A stretch of 64,000 nt of DNA from Eledone cirrhosa (Eukaryota), in the NCBI GenBank assembly GCA_964016885.1, contig OZ024744.1, positions 107,446,001 to 107,510,000 on the forward strand, read 5' to 3'. Below, in pieces: positions 26,931 to 39,800 of this stretch; position 1 is the stretch's first letter, and every line of letters starts with the position of its first letter. The position numbers and the translations under genes are program-made. The notes under the pieces were generated by a model. The model was not told the origin of the DNA, ran no database searches, and saw only the letters and a program-made list of their open reading frames with translations.

Positions 26931-29528
26931 ATCATCATCATCATCATCATCGTTTAACGTCCATGTTCCACGCTTGCATGGGTTTGGACGGGAGTTTTCC
27001 CACTTGAGGCAAGAGTGGTTGTCTTGCTCGTATAGGACTGTCTGGCAGGTTTTCTACAGCTGGATGCCCTTCCTAACACCAACCACATTTACAGTGTGGG
27101 ACTGGGAGGTTTTTACCGTGTTACCTACACGGCCATATTACAGCGTGGACTGTGTGTTTTTTTTTGTCGTGACACCTACACGACCTCATTTGTTTCGGCC
27201 TGGATGTTGTGGCACCAACATAACTTTACATTGAAAAGGGGCGGTGTGGATGGGGTGGGGGTGGTGGGACGGGGGTGTATTTTGTTAGAGGTGCCTACTG
27301 GCTGTAGTAGGTTTTACTTTGTATTTAGGTAAGGCGGGTCTTCTCTATTACTGAGTACCGCCAAAGATCACGGTCCAGTGACATTGTCTTGGAGAGGTGT
27401 AAGTGTGTGAGGTCGGAATTTAACAAGTCGTCCCAAGTTTTTCTGGGTCTGCCTACTCCGTGGCTACCGTCTATCTTTATTGCCCTGCTCTTTTTTATAC
27501 AGCTGTTGTCTTTCATGCGCATCACGTGACCATATCAACGTAGCCTTCTCTCGAGTAAACAACATCTGATCCCTCTTATTTCTAATTTTTCCCTTAGTTC
27601 GTTTATGCCTTGCCGTTCACGTATATTACTATTACACATCCAGCGGAGCATGCAAGCTTTGTTCCTCTCTAGTCTGCGTATATCCTCTGCACACAATACC
27701 CAGGTCTCACTGCCATGCAACATTGCTGTTCGTATGCAGGCATCGTACAACCTACCTTTCATTTTTACGGATAACCCTTTAGCGGCTAATAGTGGTATAA
27801 GCTCTCTGAACTTTTTCCATCCCGTTCTGACTCTAGCTACAGTACTTTCAGAGCACCCTCCCCCACTGCTGATTTTGTCACCCAGGTAACGGAAGCTGTC
27901 CACTATTTCTATAGAACCCTCTGCGCAATTGAAAGAGCTAGTGTTTTGTGGGCACTTGCTGCTGCTTATTGAACCAGAGCACCGGCCACATGTAAAATCT
28001 ATGTTCTTAGTTAGCTTACCTGTGATCCCACTACATCTTTTATGCACCCATACTTTGCATTTGGGACATAAAATGGAGTTTCTACCTACGCCTTTCCTAC
28101 ACACTGAGTATGGCCATTTCCCGGAAGGGACCGGCGCCTTATTTTTTTTCCTACAAACTAGAACTTTAGTCTTAGCTAGGTTAATTTTAAGGCCTTTTGA
28201 TTCTAGGCCGTGCTTCCGTGTTTGGAATTTCTTCTCTAGCTTGGCCATTGACTCAGCTATGAGCGTTAGATCATCTGCATATAGGAGTTCCTATGGGCAG
28301 CCGGTCTTGAACTCCACTGTTATAGCCTGAAGGGCAATAATAAATAGTAGGGGGCTAAGAACAGATCCCTGATGAACACCAACTTTTACGCTAAACTCTT
28401 CACTATATTCGTTGTTAATTCTAACCTTGCTGACTGTTTCTTTATACATGGCTTGTATAGCTCTCACAAGCCATTCATCAACACCTAGTTTTCTAAGAGC
28501 CCACCAGATAATGGAACGGTGGACTCTGTCGAAGGCTTTCTCCAAGTCAACAAAAGCTAAGTATAGGGGTTTACTTTTAGCTAGGTACTTCTCCTGTAGT
28601 TGTCGTACAATGAAAAGAGCGTCTGTTGTACTTTTGCCTGACACAAACCCGAACTGCATTTCATCTAGATCGATTCTCTCTCTGATTAGTTGCGCTATTA
28701 CTTTTTCCGTGACCTTCATGACCTGGTCGATTAATTTAATGCCTCTATAGTTACTCCTATCTAGGGCATCTCCTTTACCCTTGTAGCAGTTAATGATGAT
28801 GCTGCTACGCCAGTCCTTCGGAACAACCCCATTCTGTATGACTTGGTTTACTCTCTGGGTGTCCATGGTGTGTCCCACCGTTCCAGAGGTCTTCAGCATC
28901 TCAGCAACTATTTCCGAAGGTCCAGCCGCCTTACCCGTCTTCATATCTTTGATTGCCTTACTTATTATACTACCTTCGACTAACACTGCTGGTCCCTCTA
29001 TTGGGTCGATGTGGGGGAGACTATCCTTCTCCCATTTATTCTCCTCATTTAGTAGCCTCTTGTAGTGACACTTCCAAGCAACCTTCTTATCAGCATCGGT
29101 GATGGCAAGTATGCCATCATCGTTAAGTACACACTTCTCCCCGACAATATCACGATTTTCCTTGACACATTGCCTAGCAATCCTGAACACCTCACGTTTT
29201 TGGTCCTCGCGTTGTAGAACATGCTTGAACTTTCTTTCCTCTGCTTCCCTTCTTGCGAAGTACACTTGTCTCCTAGCTTCCCTCCTGGCCACTTAATAGT
29301 TTTCTCTACTTCCCCCATCCCGCCATACTTTCCAAGCCTGCTTTTTGGCCTTAATTGACTCCTCCACCTTACTGTTCCACCACCATGTTACTCTCCTCCT
29401 GCCTATAGGCCTGCTCCAGCCACAGACTTCGTCTGCCGCCATCAGCAGGTTTGCTTTCAGGAATTCCCACTGTTCCTCTATATTGTACGACTCTAAATGC
29501 TCTTCCTTACTATCGAAAGCATCAAGTA
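26931..29528 (-). mobile_element. RTE LINE family A, 2.6-kb 5'-truncated copy with in-frame stops
   Basis: ORFs 28291-29292, 27535-28248 and 27325-27525 are highly similar to 19781-22660. Confidence 0.95.
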
Positions 29529-29649
29529 AATATATATATTATATAAGATCTCAACACAAATGCATACTACCTAATGTTTCAGCATAGGGCATAGATATTC
29601 TTCAGAAACTCTTGGCACTATATATATTTACATTTCTGTATATAAACAT

Positions 29650-30190
29650 TTGCTTTCCCTGCTAGCAAGAGTTGGATGAATCTACATTGACCAAGTCAGT
29701 ACTGAAGTGTGGCTACTCACATCCCAGACAGGCCAAGGAGGTATGCATCCTCCTTATGTATGGTCATTACCCAATGCAGAGAAGTTGTGTCTTTTGACAC
29801 AAACTGAAGGATCCTCCTAACCTTGTTTGGCGAGCTTTCTACAGCTGAATTCCCCTTCCTAACACAACCACTTTACAGTGTGTACTGGGTGTTTTTATTG
29901 TGTAGTTCACTGGCACTAGGGAGGTTGTCATGTCACTGACACAACTAAAGTGTACTCCAAATCCTTGTTTGGCAAGCTTTCTGTGGCTGGATGCCCTTCC
30001 TATCACCAACCACTTTACAGTGTGTACTGGGTATGTTTATCAGTAGATCACCAACACTAGAGAGGTTGTTGTGTTTTTGACCCTTTTAGGCATGGTTTCT
30101 ACAACGAGGTGCCCTTCCTGTCACCAACCAACCAGCCTATGGAGTGTGTCAGGTGCATTTTTGTGGCACCATCATTAGAGAGCTCAGCCG
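29650..30190 (-). repeat. Old SINE-like element with ~3 tandem ~125-140-bp internal units
   Basis: Recurrent GGATGCCCTTCCT..AACCACTTTACAGTGTGTACTGGGT..CACTAGAGAGGTTG motif. Confidence 0.6.
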
Positions 30191-30297
30191 TCGGGGTCCT
30201 GACTATTTTCCTATTACCCACTCTACTACCCTAAGTATCAAGTACTCTGGTGGGTTATGGTCCATCTGGTTTCTTACCACACTTTCTTTGTTATATA

Positions 30298-30652
30298 TCA
30301 TCATTATCATCATTTAACATCCATTTTCCATGTTAACATGGCTAGGATGGGCTGCCCCTTTGTGAGAGATCCAGGTCAAAGGATTGTATTGCTCACACAG
30401 AACTGATTTTGGCGACGGCTGAATGCTTCCTGATGCCAACAACATTTACAGTGTTGTCTGGGTCCTTTTTGTCGTGACACTTGTACGACCACTTTACAGC
30501 ATTGACTTGGTGCTTTTTGTTGTGACACATGACCACTTAACAGTGTAGACTGGGCACTTTTTGTTGTGTCGCCAATATGACCCACTTTACCATGTGGACT
30601 GGGTGATTTTGTCGTGGCTCCAGTGGGACCACTTTATGCTGTGGGTTGGGGA
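30298..30652 (-). mobile_element. SINE-like element with ~5 degenerate 47-bp units (unexpanded relative of the satellite locus)
   Basis: Its flanks match 33712-33825 and 52623-52760; internal CCACTTTACAG..GACTGGG..TTTTGTCGTG repeats. Confidence 0.75.
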
Positions 30653-30664
30653 ATTGAATATATA

Positions 30665-31140
30665 GCTAAAACTTCCTGAACCTAACCAGGCAATATATTC
30701 CATAAAGCCATAATTACTACAAACTCTTTTAATGCACACAATGGGAAAGTTAGTTATTCCTGTTTAACTAACATCCCTTCAATTGTTGAAACCATGCCAA
30801 CTGTCATAAGTGGATCCTGCTTCTCTTAGGCTGTAATCTACAGAATCACCTTTACATCTTGAGACCGCTTCCAGAGGAACTATATGAACCTAACAGTCAA
30901 TGAGTTTAAGGCTAGATTTACCCAGCACGTACACTCATTTAGGTGTGAGAATTCCATCACCCTGTCTCAGCATCAAATGGAGCATTTGTGACAGGCACAA
31001 AAATTCACACCTACTAAATATCACCATAAACATCTAATTGATCATTTAACCAGTCAGCAGCATCACGTTCACAGAAGAAAACCCACAAGATTCATTGATA
31101 CCAATAAGATAATACACCTTATGTCGCTGGATTCTACTGA
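30665..31140 (+). mobile_element. Decayed Penelope-like element fragment (RT-EN linker / GIY-YIG region)
   Basis: Pieced translation ..NFLNL..KVSYSCLTNIPSI..EFKARFTQHVHSFR..SITLSQH resembles PLE C-termini. Many indels. Confidence 0.5.
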
Positions 31141-31149
31141 GATTATTGG

Positions 31150-31345
31150 TGCCACCGAGACACAAACTTCCTCGTGTTGTAAAGTGGTAGTGCTGTGCTA
31201 CAATCAAATGTTCCCTCTACATACTGTAAGATTATTGGCATTAGAAAGGGCATCCAGTCACAGAAATTATTCAAAAATGGTATATATGAGCAAGATGAGG
31301 TCATCAGATTTGCCCTTGCCTCAGAAATTACAACCTGTCCATAAC
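31150..31345 (+). mobile_element. SINE fragment, plus orientation
   Basis: TGGCATTAGAAAGGGCATCCAGTCACAGAAA motif shared with 1416-1445 and 25114. Confidence 0.55.
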
Positions 31346-31567
31346 ATGCACACATAACATGCCTCCACAAGGTTTCTATCTACCAAATCCATCTACAACT
31401 AAGACTGAGGAGATACTTGCCTAAGGTGGTGGAACTGAACCAAAAGTCACGTAATTGTAAAACACTCATTAATCACACTGGTATTTTCTGAAAATAATTA
31501 CCACCAACAGTTAACAATTAAGAATTGCACTTCAATCTCATCAGTAATACAAAGAAAGATGTTTCTG

Positions 31568-31822
31568 TTAACTCTTTTCATACAAAACTGCTTGAAACTG
31601 CTCCCCATTCTATCTATGACACAAAGCTATTTCTTTTAAACTGTTTATATCTAACTAAAAACCTTCCATCATAATTTTATGTAAGAACCTTTGTTAAGTT
31701 ATGTTCTCAAGATAATGAGAAAGTTATATTACTAAATCCCTCCAGATTTTTGATTATTTTCAAAATTATTTGAAAACTATATAAAAGAGTGTTTTTCATT
31801 ACATAAATGGTAACGAGAGAAT
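31568..31822. mobile_element. AT-rich MITE-like repeat (piggyBac-like TTAA-C(C/T)CTTT ends)
   Basis: Homologous to 32780-32935, 32960-33138, ~57920-58250 and 61322-61894. Confidence 0.6.
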
Positions 31823-31956
31823 AAAATATTTCATTTCATTTGAGGAATTTTTTGCTTCCAACTCAACTTCATCTTACATTAATTTGCCAACTTTGTAAAC
31901 CCATGGTGCAACTAAATTAATTAATTAATTTTGTTCTCCTTTTATTTATATTGCAG

Positions 31957-31992
31957 GTGTATGTGTGTGATATTGATCATGAACCAATGCCT
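31957..31992 (+). CDS. EP400: EP400/domino exon (36-nt microexon, VYVCDIDHEPMP), phase 0/0
   Basis: ttgcAG| ... |GTaagt. Joins in frame to MWAPPTPPQ and matches the EP400 segment ..VYED..EVMPLWTPPTPPQ as recalled. Confidence 0.8.
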
Positions 31993-32004
31993 GTAAGTTG
32001 TTGT

Positions 32005-32281
32005 TTCTTCTTTTTCTTTTTCTTTTTCTTTTTTCTTTTTTTCTTCTCTTTTTTCTCTTTTTTCTTTTTCTTCTCTTTCTTTTTCTTTTTTCTTTTTCTT
32101 CTCTTTCTTTTTCTTCTTTCTTTTTCTTCTCTTTTCTTTTTTCTTCTTTTTTTCTTTTCTTTTTTTCTTTTTTCCTTTTTCTTTTTCTTTCATTTTTTCT
32201 TTTTCATTTTTTTTTCTTTTCTTGTTCTTCTTTTCTTTCTTCTTTTGTCTTTTTTTGTCTCCTCCTCCTCCTCCTCCTTTG
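32005..32281 (+). repeat. Polypyrimidine (TTTTC/TCC)n low-complexity tract in the 501-bp intron
   Basis: Direct reading. Confidence 0.95.
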
Positions 32282-32493
32282 TCCAGGTGATTCCACCCCA
32301 GTACTCTGCACATTCAACCTATATTGTCTCCATTTCACTGCCAAATACTTTAGCCTTCAGACTCTCACTATGTTTACTTTTAGTATTGCAGTGCTTGTAC
32401 TAGTGGGTGGGTCTTTTACATTGAAATTAACAATGAATCATATTTAAAACATTGTTTCTTTCTTTCATTCTCTTTATCTTTTCTTAAACATAG

Positions 32494-32650
32494 ATGTGGG
32501 CTCCTCCCACACCACCCCAGGATGATAATGATGTGTACATTGATCAAACACTATTCTTCTTATATGAGCCCACCATTATGCCGGAGACACAGCTGCCACC
32601 TGTTTATATCAGAAAGGAACATAAACGACCCAAAATTGAGACTGTTACAA
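32494..32650 (+). CDS. EP400: EP400/domino exon (MWAPPTPPQDDNDVYID..LPPVYIRKEHKRPK), phase 0/1
   Basis: catAG| ... A|GTacgt. Strong match to EP400 WTPPTPPQDDSDIYLD..LPPVYVRKE. Confidence 0.93.
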
Positions 32651-32779
32651 GTACGTATATTTTTATTTTTACAAATGTTGCTAAAGAAATATAACTTACC
32701 TCAAATTGTATGTATAAATGTGTTCATTGACATCAAATTCTTTGTATTAAAGTGTTTATATTTATATAAAAACCGTAAT

Positions 32780-33138
32780 TCATAAATTTATGTAAGAAGT
32801 TTTATGTTCCAAACACCCACCTAATAATGAGAAAGTTATATTACTAAATCTCTCCAATTTTCTGATTATTTTCAAAATGATCTGAAAACCATAGTCATTG
32901 CCTTTCATTAGAAATATGGTAACAAAACCGTTAAATTGTTTATATTCACCTAAAAATCTTCTAGCAAAATTTTATGAGGGATTTCGTAATATATCTAACT
33001 TTCTCATTTTTAAGCTGGTGTTTGGAACTTAACTTAAAGACTCTTACATAAAATTATGATAGAAGGTTTTTAGACGAATATAAACATTTTAAAACAAATA
33101 AATTTTTGTGTCGTAGAATTTGTTGTCAAAAGAGTTAA
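32780..33138. mobile_element. Two opposed copies of the AT-rich MITE-like repeat
   Basis: 32780-32935 has the same orientation as 31660-31820; 32960-33138 is reversed and ends AAAAGAGTTAA. Confidence 0.6.
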
Positions 33139-33289
33139 AAGAAATTCTGAACCCAATAACTTCATTCCAAAATATATTGAACTATGAACAATATATTGGT
33201 ATATTTGAGGAATTAATGTCAATGGTGTATTTATTGAAACATTAGTAAATTAATGGATTTCATTTCAAAATAAAAACTTTTGTAATCAG

Positions 33290-33560
33290 GTTATCATTGC
33301 TGATTTGTTGAGGTTTGGTCCAACAGCTTTTGTCACAACATATGGCCGACTCCATTGTTTAATTGCCCCACAACCATGCAGTTTTTCTCTGGCTATGGTC
33401 TGCTGGTTATGGTGAACAAGACTGAAAGGACTGAAAATATACTTTATTTTGGCCAAGCCCTCATCAAACTTTTCAAGATCCACTTATAAAGGAAGGTGAG
33501 GGTGGAGAGAACCAGTACATATTTTTAAAGGTGGGTGAATGTAGTGAGGATGACTTGAGT
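33290..33560 (+). mobile_element. L1/Tx1-like LINE 3' fragment
   Basis: Reverse-complement similarity to 63030-63260. Confidence 0.45.
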
Positions 33561-33711
33561 GAATGGACCTACTCTAAGTATGTACCTGTAGACTTTAGAG
33601 CTGAGAGATGCACTTGCCAAAGGTACCTATGGTGATTGGGGTGATCTCTGGTCAGTGGAGTTCCTAAATTATCCCTGGGTAATCCTGTTGTTATATTTCT
33701 ATTGTTACTTT

Positions 33712-33825
33712 CATCATCATCATCGTTTAACGTCCATCTTCCACTCTAGCATGCATTGGGGGACCATGATTTGCTCATTCAGAACTGATTTGGGCTTGGT
33801 TTCTATGGCTGGATGCCCTTCCTAA
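33712..33825 (-). mobile_element. 3' end of the SINE-like element hosting the satellite
   Basis: (CAT)n-CGTTTAACGTCC..GGCTGGATGCCCTTCCTAA runs directly into the first unit. Confidence 0.8.
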
Positions 33826-36800
33826 TACAGTGTGTGCTGGGTGATTGTTGCCGTGTCGCCTACACAACCTCTTTACAGTGTGTGCTGGGTGATTGTTGCC
33901 ATGTTGCCTACACGACCACTTTACAGTGTGTACTGGGTGATTGTTGCCGTGTCGCCTACACGACCTCTTTACAGTGGGTGCTGGGTGATTGTTGCCGTGT
34001 TGCCTACACGACCACTTTACAGTGTGTGCTGGGTGATTGTTGCCGTGTCACCTGGTGACCTCTTTACAGTGTGTACTGGGTGATTGTTGCCATGTCGCCT
34101 ACACGACCTCTTTACAGTGTGTGCTGGGTGATTGTTGCCGTGTCACCTGGTGACCACTTTACAGTGTGTGCTGGGTGATTGTTGCCGTGTCACTTGGTGA
34201 CCACTTTACAGTGTGTGCTGGGTGATTGTTGCCGTGTCACCTGGTGACCACTTTACAGTGTGTACTGGGTGATTGTTGCCGTGTCGCCTACACGACCTCT
34301 TTACAGTGTGTACTGGGTGATTGTTGCCGTGTCGCCTGGTGACCACTTTACAGTGTGTACTGGGTGATTGTTGCCGTGTGCCTACACGACCTCTTTACAG
34401 TGTGTACTGGGTGATTGTTGCCGAGTCGCCTACACGACCTCTTTACAGTGTGTACTGGGTGATTGTTGCCGTGTTGCCTACACGACCTCTTTACAGTGTG
34501 TACTGGGTGATTGTTGCCGTGTTGCCTACACGACCTCTTTACAGTGTGTACTGGGTGATTGTTGCCGTGTTGCCTACACGACCTCTTTACAGTGTGTGCT
34601 GGGTGATTGTTGCCGTGTCGCCTACACAACCACTTTACAGTGTGTGCTGGGTGATTGTTGCCGTGTCGCCTACACAACCACTTTACAGTGTGTGCTGGGT
34701 GATTGTTGCCGTGTCGCCTACACAACCTCTTTACAGTGTGTACTGGGTGATTGTTGCCGTGTTGCCTACACGACCACTTTACAGTGTGTACTGGGTGATT
34801 GTTGCCGTGTCGCCTACACGACCTCTTTACAGTGTGTACTGGGTGATTGTTGCCGTGACACCTACACAACCTCTTTACAGTGTGTGCTGGGTGATTGTTG
34901 TCGTGTTACCTACACGACCACTTTACAGTGTGTACTGGGTGATTGTTGCCGTGTCGCCTACACGACCTCTTTACAGTGTGTGCTGGGTGATTGTTGCCGT
35001 GTTGCCTACACAACCTCTTTACAGTGTGTACTGGGTGATTGTTGCCGTGTCACCTACACGACCACTTTACAGTGTGTACTGGGTGATTGTTGCCGTGTCA
35101 CCTGGTGACCTCTTTACAGTGTGTACTGGGTGATTGTTGCCGTGACACCTGGTGACCACTTTACAGTGTGTACTGGGTGATTGTTGCCGTGTCGCCTACA
35201 CGACCTCTTTACAGTGTGTGCTGGGTGATTGTTGCCGTGTTGCCTACACGACCTCTTTACAGTGTGTGCTGGGTGATTGTTGCCGTGTCACCTGGTGACC
35301 TCTTTACAGTGTGTGCTGGGTGATTGTTGCCGTGTCACCTGGTGCCCACTTTACAGTGTGTGCTGGGTGATTGTTGCCGTGTCACCTGGTGACCTCTTTA
35401 CAGTGTGTACTGGGTGATTGTTGCCGTGTCACCTGGTGACCACTTTACAGTGTGTACTGGGTGATTGTTGCCGTGTCGCCTACACGACCTCTTTACAGTG
35501 TGTGCTGGGTGATTGTTGCTGTGTTGCCTACACGACCACTTTACAGTGTGTGCTGGGTGATTGTTGCCGTGTCACCTGGTGACCTCTTTACAGTGTGTGC
35601 TGGGTGATTGTTGCCGTGTCACCTGGTGACCTCTTTACAGTGTGTACTGGGTGATTGTTGCCGTGTCACCTGGTGACCACTTTACAGTGTGTACTGGGTG
35701 ACTGTTGTTGTGTCGCCTACACGACCTCTTTACAGTGTGTACTGGGTGATTGTTGCCGTGTCGCCTACACGACCTCTTTACAGTGTGTACTGGGTGATTG
35801 TTGCCGTGTTGCCTACACGACCTCTTTACAGTGTGTACTGGGTGATTGTTGCCGTGTCGCCTGGTGACCACTTTACAGTGTGTACTGGGTGATTGTTGCC
35901 GTGTCGCCTGGTGACCACTTTACAGTGTGTACTGGGTGATTGTTGCCGTGTCGCCTACACGACCTCTTTACAGTGTGTACTGGGTGACTGTTGCCGTGTC
36001 GCCTACACAACCTCTTTACAGTGTGTACCGGGTGATTGTTGCCGTGTCGCCTGGTGACCACTTTACAGTGTGTACTGGGTGATTGTTGCTGTGTCGCCTA
36101 CACGACCTCTTTACAGTGTGTACTGGGTGATTGTTGCCGTGTCACCTACACAACCTCTTTACAGTGTGTACTGGGTGATTGTTGCCGTGTCGCCTACACG
36201 ACCTCTTTACAGTGTGTACTGGGTGATTGTTGCCGTGTCGCCTGGTGACCACTTTACAGTGTGTACTGGGTGATTGTTGCCGTGTTGCCTACACGACCTC
36301 TTTACAGTGTGTACTGGGTGATTGTTGTCGTGACACCTGGTGACCTCTTTACAGTGTGTACTGGGTGATTGTTGCCGTGTTGCCTACACGACCTCTTTAC
36401 AGTGTGTACTGGGTGATTGTTGCCGTGTTGCCTACACGACCTCTTTACAGTGTGTACTGGGTGATTGTTGCCGTTTCACCTACACGACCACTTTACAGTG
36501 TGTACTGGGTGATTGTTGCCGTGTCGCCTGGTGACCACTTTACAGTGTGTACTGGGTGATTGTTGCCGTGTTGCCTACACGACCTCTTTACAGTGTGTAC
36601 TGCGTGATTGTTGTCGTGACACCTGGTGACCTCTTTACAGTGTGTACTGGGTGATTGTTGCCGTGTTGCCTACACGACCTCTTTACAGTGTGTGCTGGGT
36701 GATTGTTGCCGTGTTGCCTACACGACCTCTTTACAGTGTGTGCTGGGTGATTGTTGCCGTGTTGCCTACACAACCTCTTTACAGTGTGTACTGGGTGATT

Positions 36801-39800
36801 GTTGCCGTGTCACCTACACGACCACTTTACAGTGTGTACTGGGTGATTGTTGCCGTGACACCTGGTGACCTCTTTACAGTGTGTACTGGGTGATTGTTGC
36901 CGTGACGCCTGGTGACCACTTTACAGTGTGTACTGGGTGATTGTTGCCGTGTCGCCTACACGACCTCTTTACAGTGTGTGCTGGGTGATTGTTGCCGTGT
37001 TGCCTACACGACCTCTTTACAGTGTGTGCTGGGTGATTGTTGCCGTGTCACCTGGTGACCTCTTTACAGTGTGTGCTGGGTGATTGTTGCCGTGTCACCT
37101 GGTGACCACTTTACAGTGTGTGCTGGGTGATTGTTGCTGTGTCACCTGGTGACCTCTTTACAGTGTGTACTGGGTGATTATTGCCGTGTCACCTGGTGAC
37201 CTCTTTACAGTGTGTACTGGGTGATTGTTGCCGTGTCGCCTACACGACCTCTTTACAGTGTGTGCTGGGTGATTGTTGCCGTGTTGCCTACACGACATCT
37301 TTACAGTGTGTGCTGGGTGATTGTTGCCGTGTCACCTGGTGACCTCTTTACAGTGTGTACTGGGTGATTGTTGCCGTGTCACCTGGTGACCACTTTACAG
37401 TGTGTCATGGGTGACTGTTGTTGTGTCGCCTACACGACCTCTTTACAGTGTGTACTGGGTGATTGTTGCCGTGTCGCCTACACGACCTCTTTACAGTGTG
37501 TACTGGGTGATTGTTGCCGTGTTGCCTACACGACCTCTTTACAGTGTGTACTGGGTGATTGTTGCCGTGTCGCCTGGTGACCTCTTTACAGTGTGTACTG
37601 GGTGATTGTTGCCGTGTCGCCTGGTGACCACTTTACAGTGTGTACTGGGTGATTGTTGCCGTGTCGCCTGGTGACCACTTTACAGTGTGTACTGGGTGAT
37701 TGTTGCCGTGTCGCCTACACGACCTCTTTACAGTGTGTACTGGGTGACTGTTGCCGTGTCGCCTACACAACCTCTTTACAGTGTGTACCGGGTGATTGTT
37801 GCCGTGTCGCCTGGTGACCACTTTACAGTGTGTACTGGGTGATTGTTGCTGTGTCGCCTACACGACCTCTTTACAGTGTGTACTGGGTGATTGTTGCCGT
37901 GTCACCTACACAACCTCTTTACAGTGTGTACTGGGTGATTGTTGCCGTGTCGCCTACACGACCTCTTTACAGTGTGTACTGGGTGATTGTTGCCGTGTCG
38001 CCTGGTGACCACTTTACAGTGTGTACTGGGTGATTGTTGCCGTGTTGCCTACACGACCTCTTTACAGTGTGTACTGGGTGATTGTTGCCGAGTCGCCTAC
38101 ACGACCTCTTTACAGTGTGTACTGGGTGATTGTTGCCGTGTTGCCTACACGACCTCTTTACAGTGTGTACTGGGTGATTGTTGCCGTGTTGCCTACACGA
38201 CCTCTTTACAGTGTGTACTGGGTGATTGTTGCCGTGTTGCCTACACGACCTCTTTACAGTGTGTGCTGGGTGATTGTTGCCGTGTCGCCTACACAACCAC
38301 TTTACAGTGTGTGCTGGGTGATTGTTGCCGTGTCGCCTACACAACCACTTTACAGTGTGTGCTGGGTGATTGTTGCCGTGTCGCCTACACAACCTCTTTA
38401 CAGTGTGTACTGGGTGATTGTTGCCGTGTTGCCTACACGACCACTTTACAGTGTGTACTGGGTGATTGTTGCCGTGTCGCCTACACGACCTCTTTACAGT
38501 GTGTACTGGGTGATTGTTGCCGTGACACCTACACAACCTCTTTACAGTGTGTGCTGGGTGATTGTTGTCGTGTTACCTACACGACCACTTTACAGTGTGT
38601 ACTGGGTGATTGTTGCCGTGTCGCCTACACGACCTCTTTACAGTGTGTGCTGGGTGATTGTTGCCGTGTTGCCTACACAACCTCTTTACAGTGTGTACTG
38701 GGTGATTGTTGCCGTGTCACCTACACGACCACTTTACAGTGTGTACTGGGTGATTGTTGCCGTGTCACCTGGTGACCTCTTTACAGTGTGTACTGGGTGA
38801 TTGTTGCCGTGACACCTGGTGACCACTTTACAGTGTGTACTGGGTGATTGTTGCCGTGTCGCCTACACGACCTCTTTACAGTGTGTGCTGGGTGATTGTT
38901 GCCGTGTTGCCTACACGACCTCTTTACAGTGTGTGCTGGGTGATTGTTGCCGTGTCACCTGGTGACCTCTTTACAGTGTGTGCTGGGTGATTGTTGCCGT
39001 GTCACCTGGTGCCCACTTTACAGTGTGTGCTGGGTGATTGTTGCCGTGTCACCTGGTGACCTCTTTACAGTGTGTACTGGGTGATTGTTGCCGTGTCACC
39101 TGGTGACCACTTTACAGTGTGTACTGGGTGATTGTTGCCGTGTCGCCTACACGACCTCTTTACAGTGTGTGCTGGGTGATTGTTGCTGTGTTGCCTACAC
39201 GACCACTTTACAGTGTGTGCTGGGTGATTGTTGCCGTGTCACCTGGTGACCTCTTTACAGTGTGTGCTGGGTGATTGTTGCCGTGTCACCTGGTGACCTC
39301 TTTACAGTGTGTACTGGGTGATTGTTGCCGTGTCACCTGGTGACCACATTACAGTGTGTACTGGGTGACTGTTGTTGTGTCGCCTACACGACCTCTTTAC
39401 AGTGTGTACTGGGTGATTGTTGCTGTGTCGCCTACACGACCTCTTTACAGTGTGTACTGGGTGATTGTTGCCGTGTTGCCTACACGACCTCTTTACAGTG
39501 TGTACTGGGTGATTGTTGCCGTGTCGCCTGGTGACCACTTTACAGTGTGTACTGGGTGATTGTTGCCGTGTCGCCTGGTGACCACTTTACAGTGTGTACT
39601 GGGTGATTGTTGCCGTGTCGCCTGGTGACCACTTTACAGTGTGTACTGGGTGATTGTTGCCGTGTCCCCTGGTGACCACTTTACAGTGTGTACTGGGTGA
39701 TTGTTGCCGTGTCGCCTACACGACCTCTTTACAGTGTGTGCTGGGTGATTGTTGCCGTGTTGCCTACACGACCTCTTTACAGTGTGTGCTGGGTGATTGT

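Noticed and set aside
31942-32447. K/E-rich and F-rich ORFs
   Set aside because: Artefacts of the polypyrimidine tract; only 31957-31992 is exonic.
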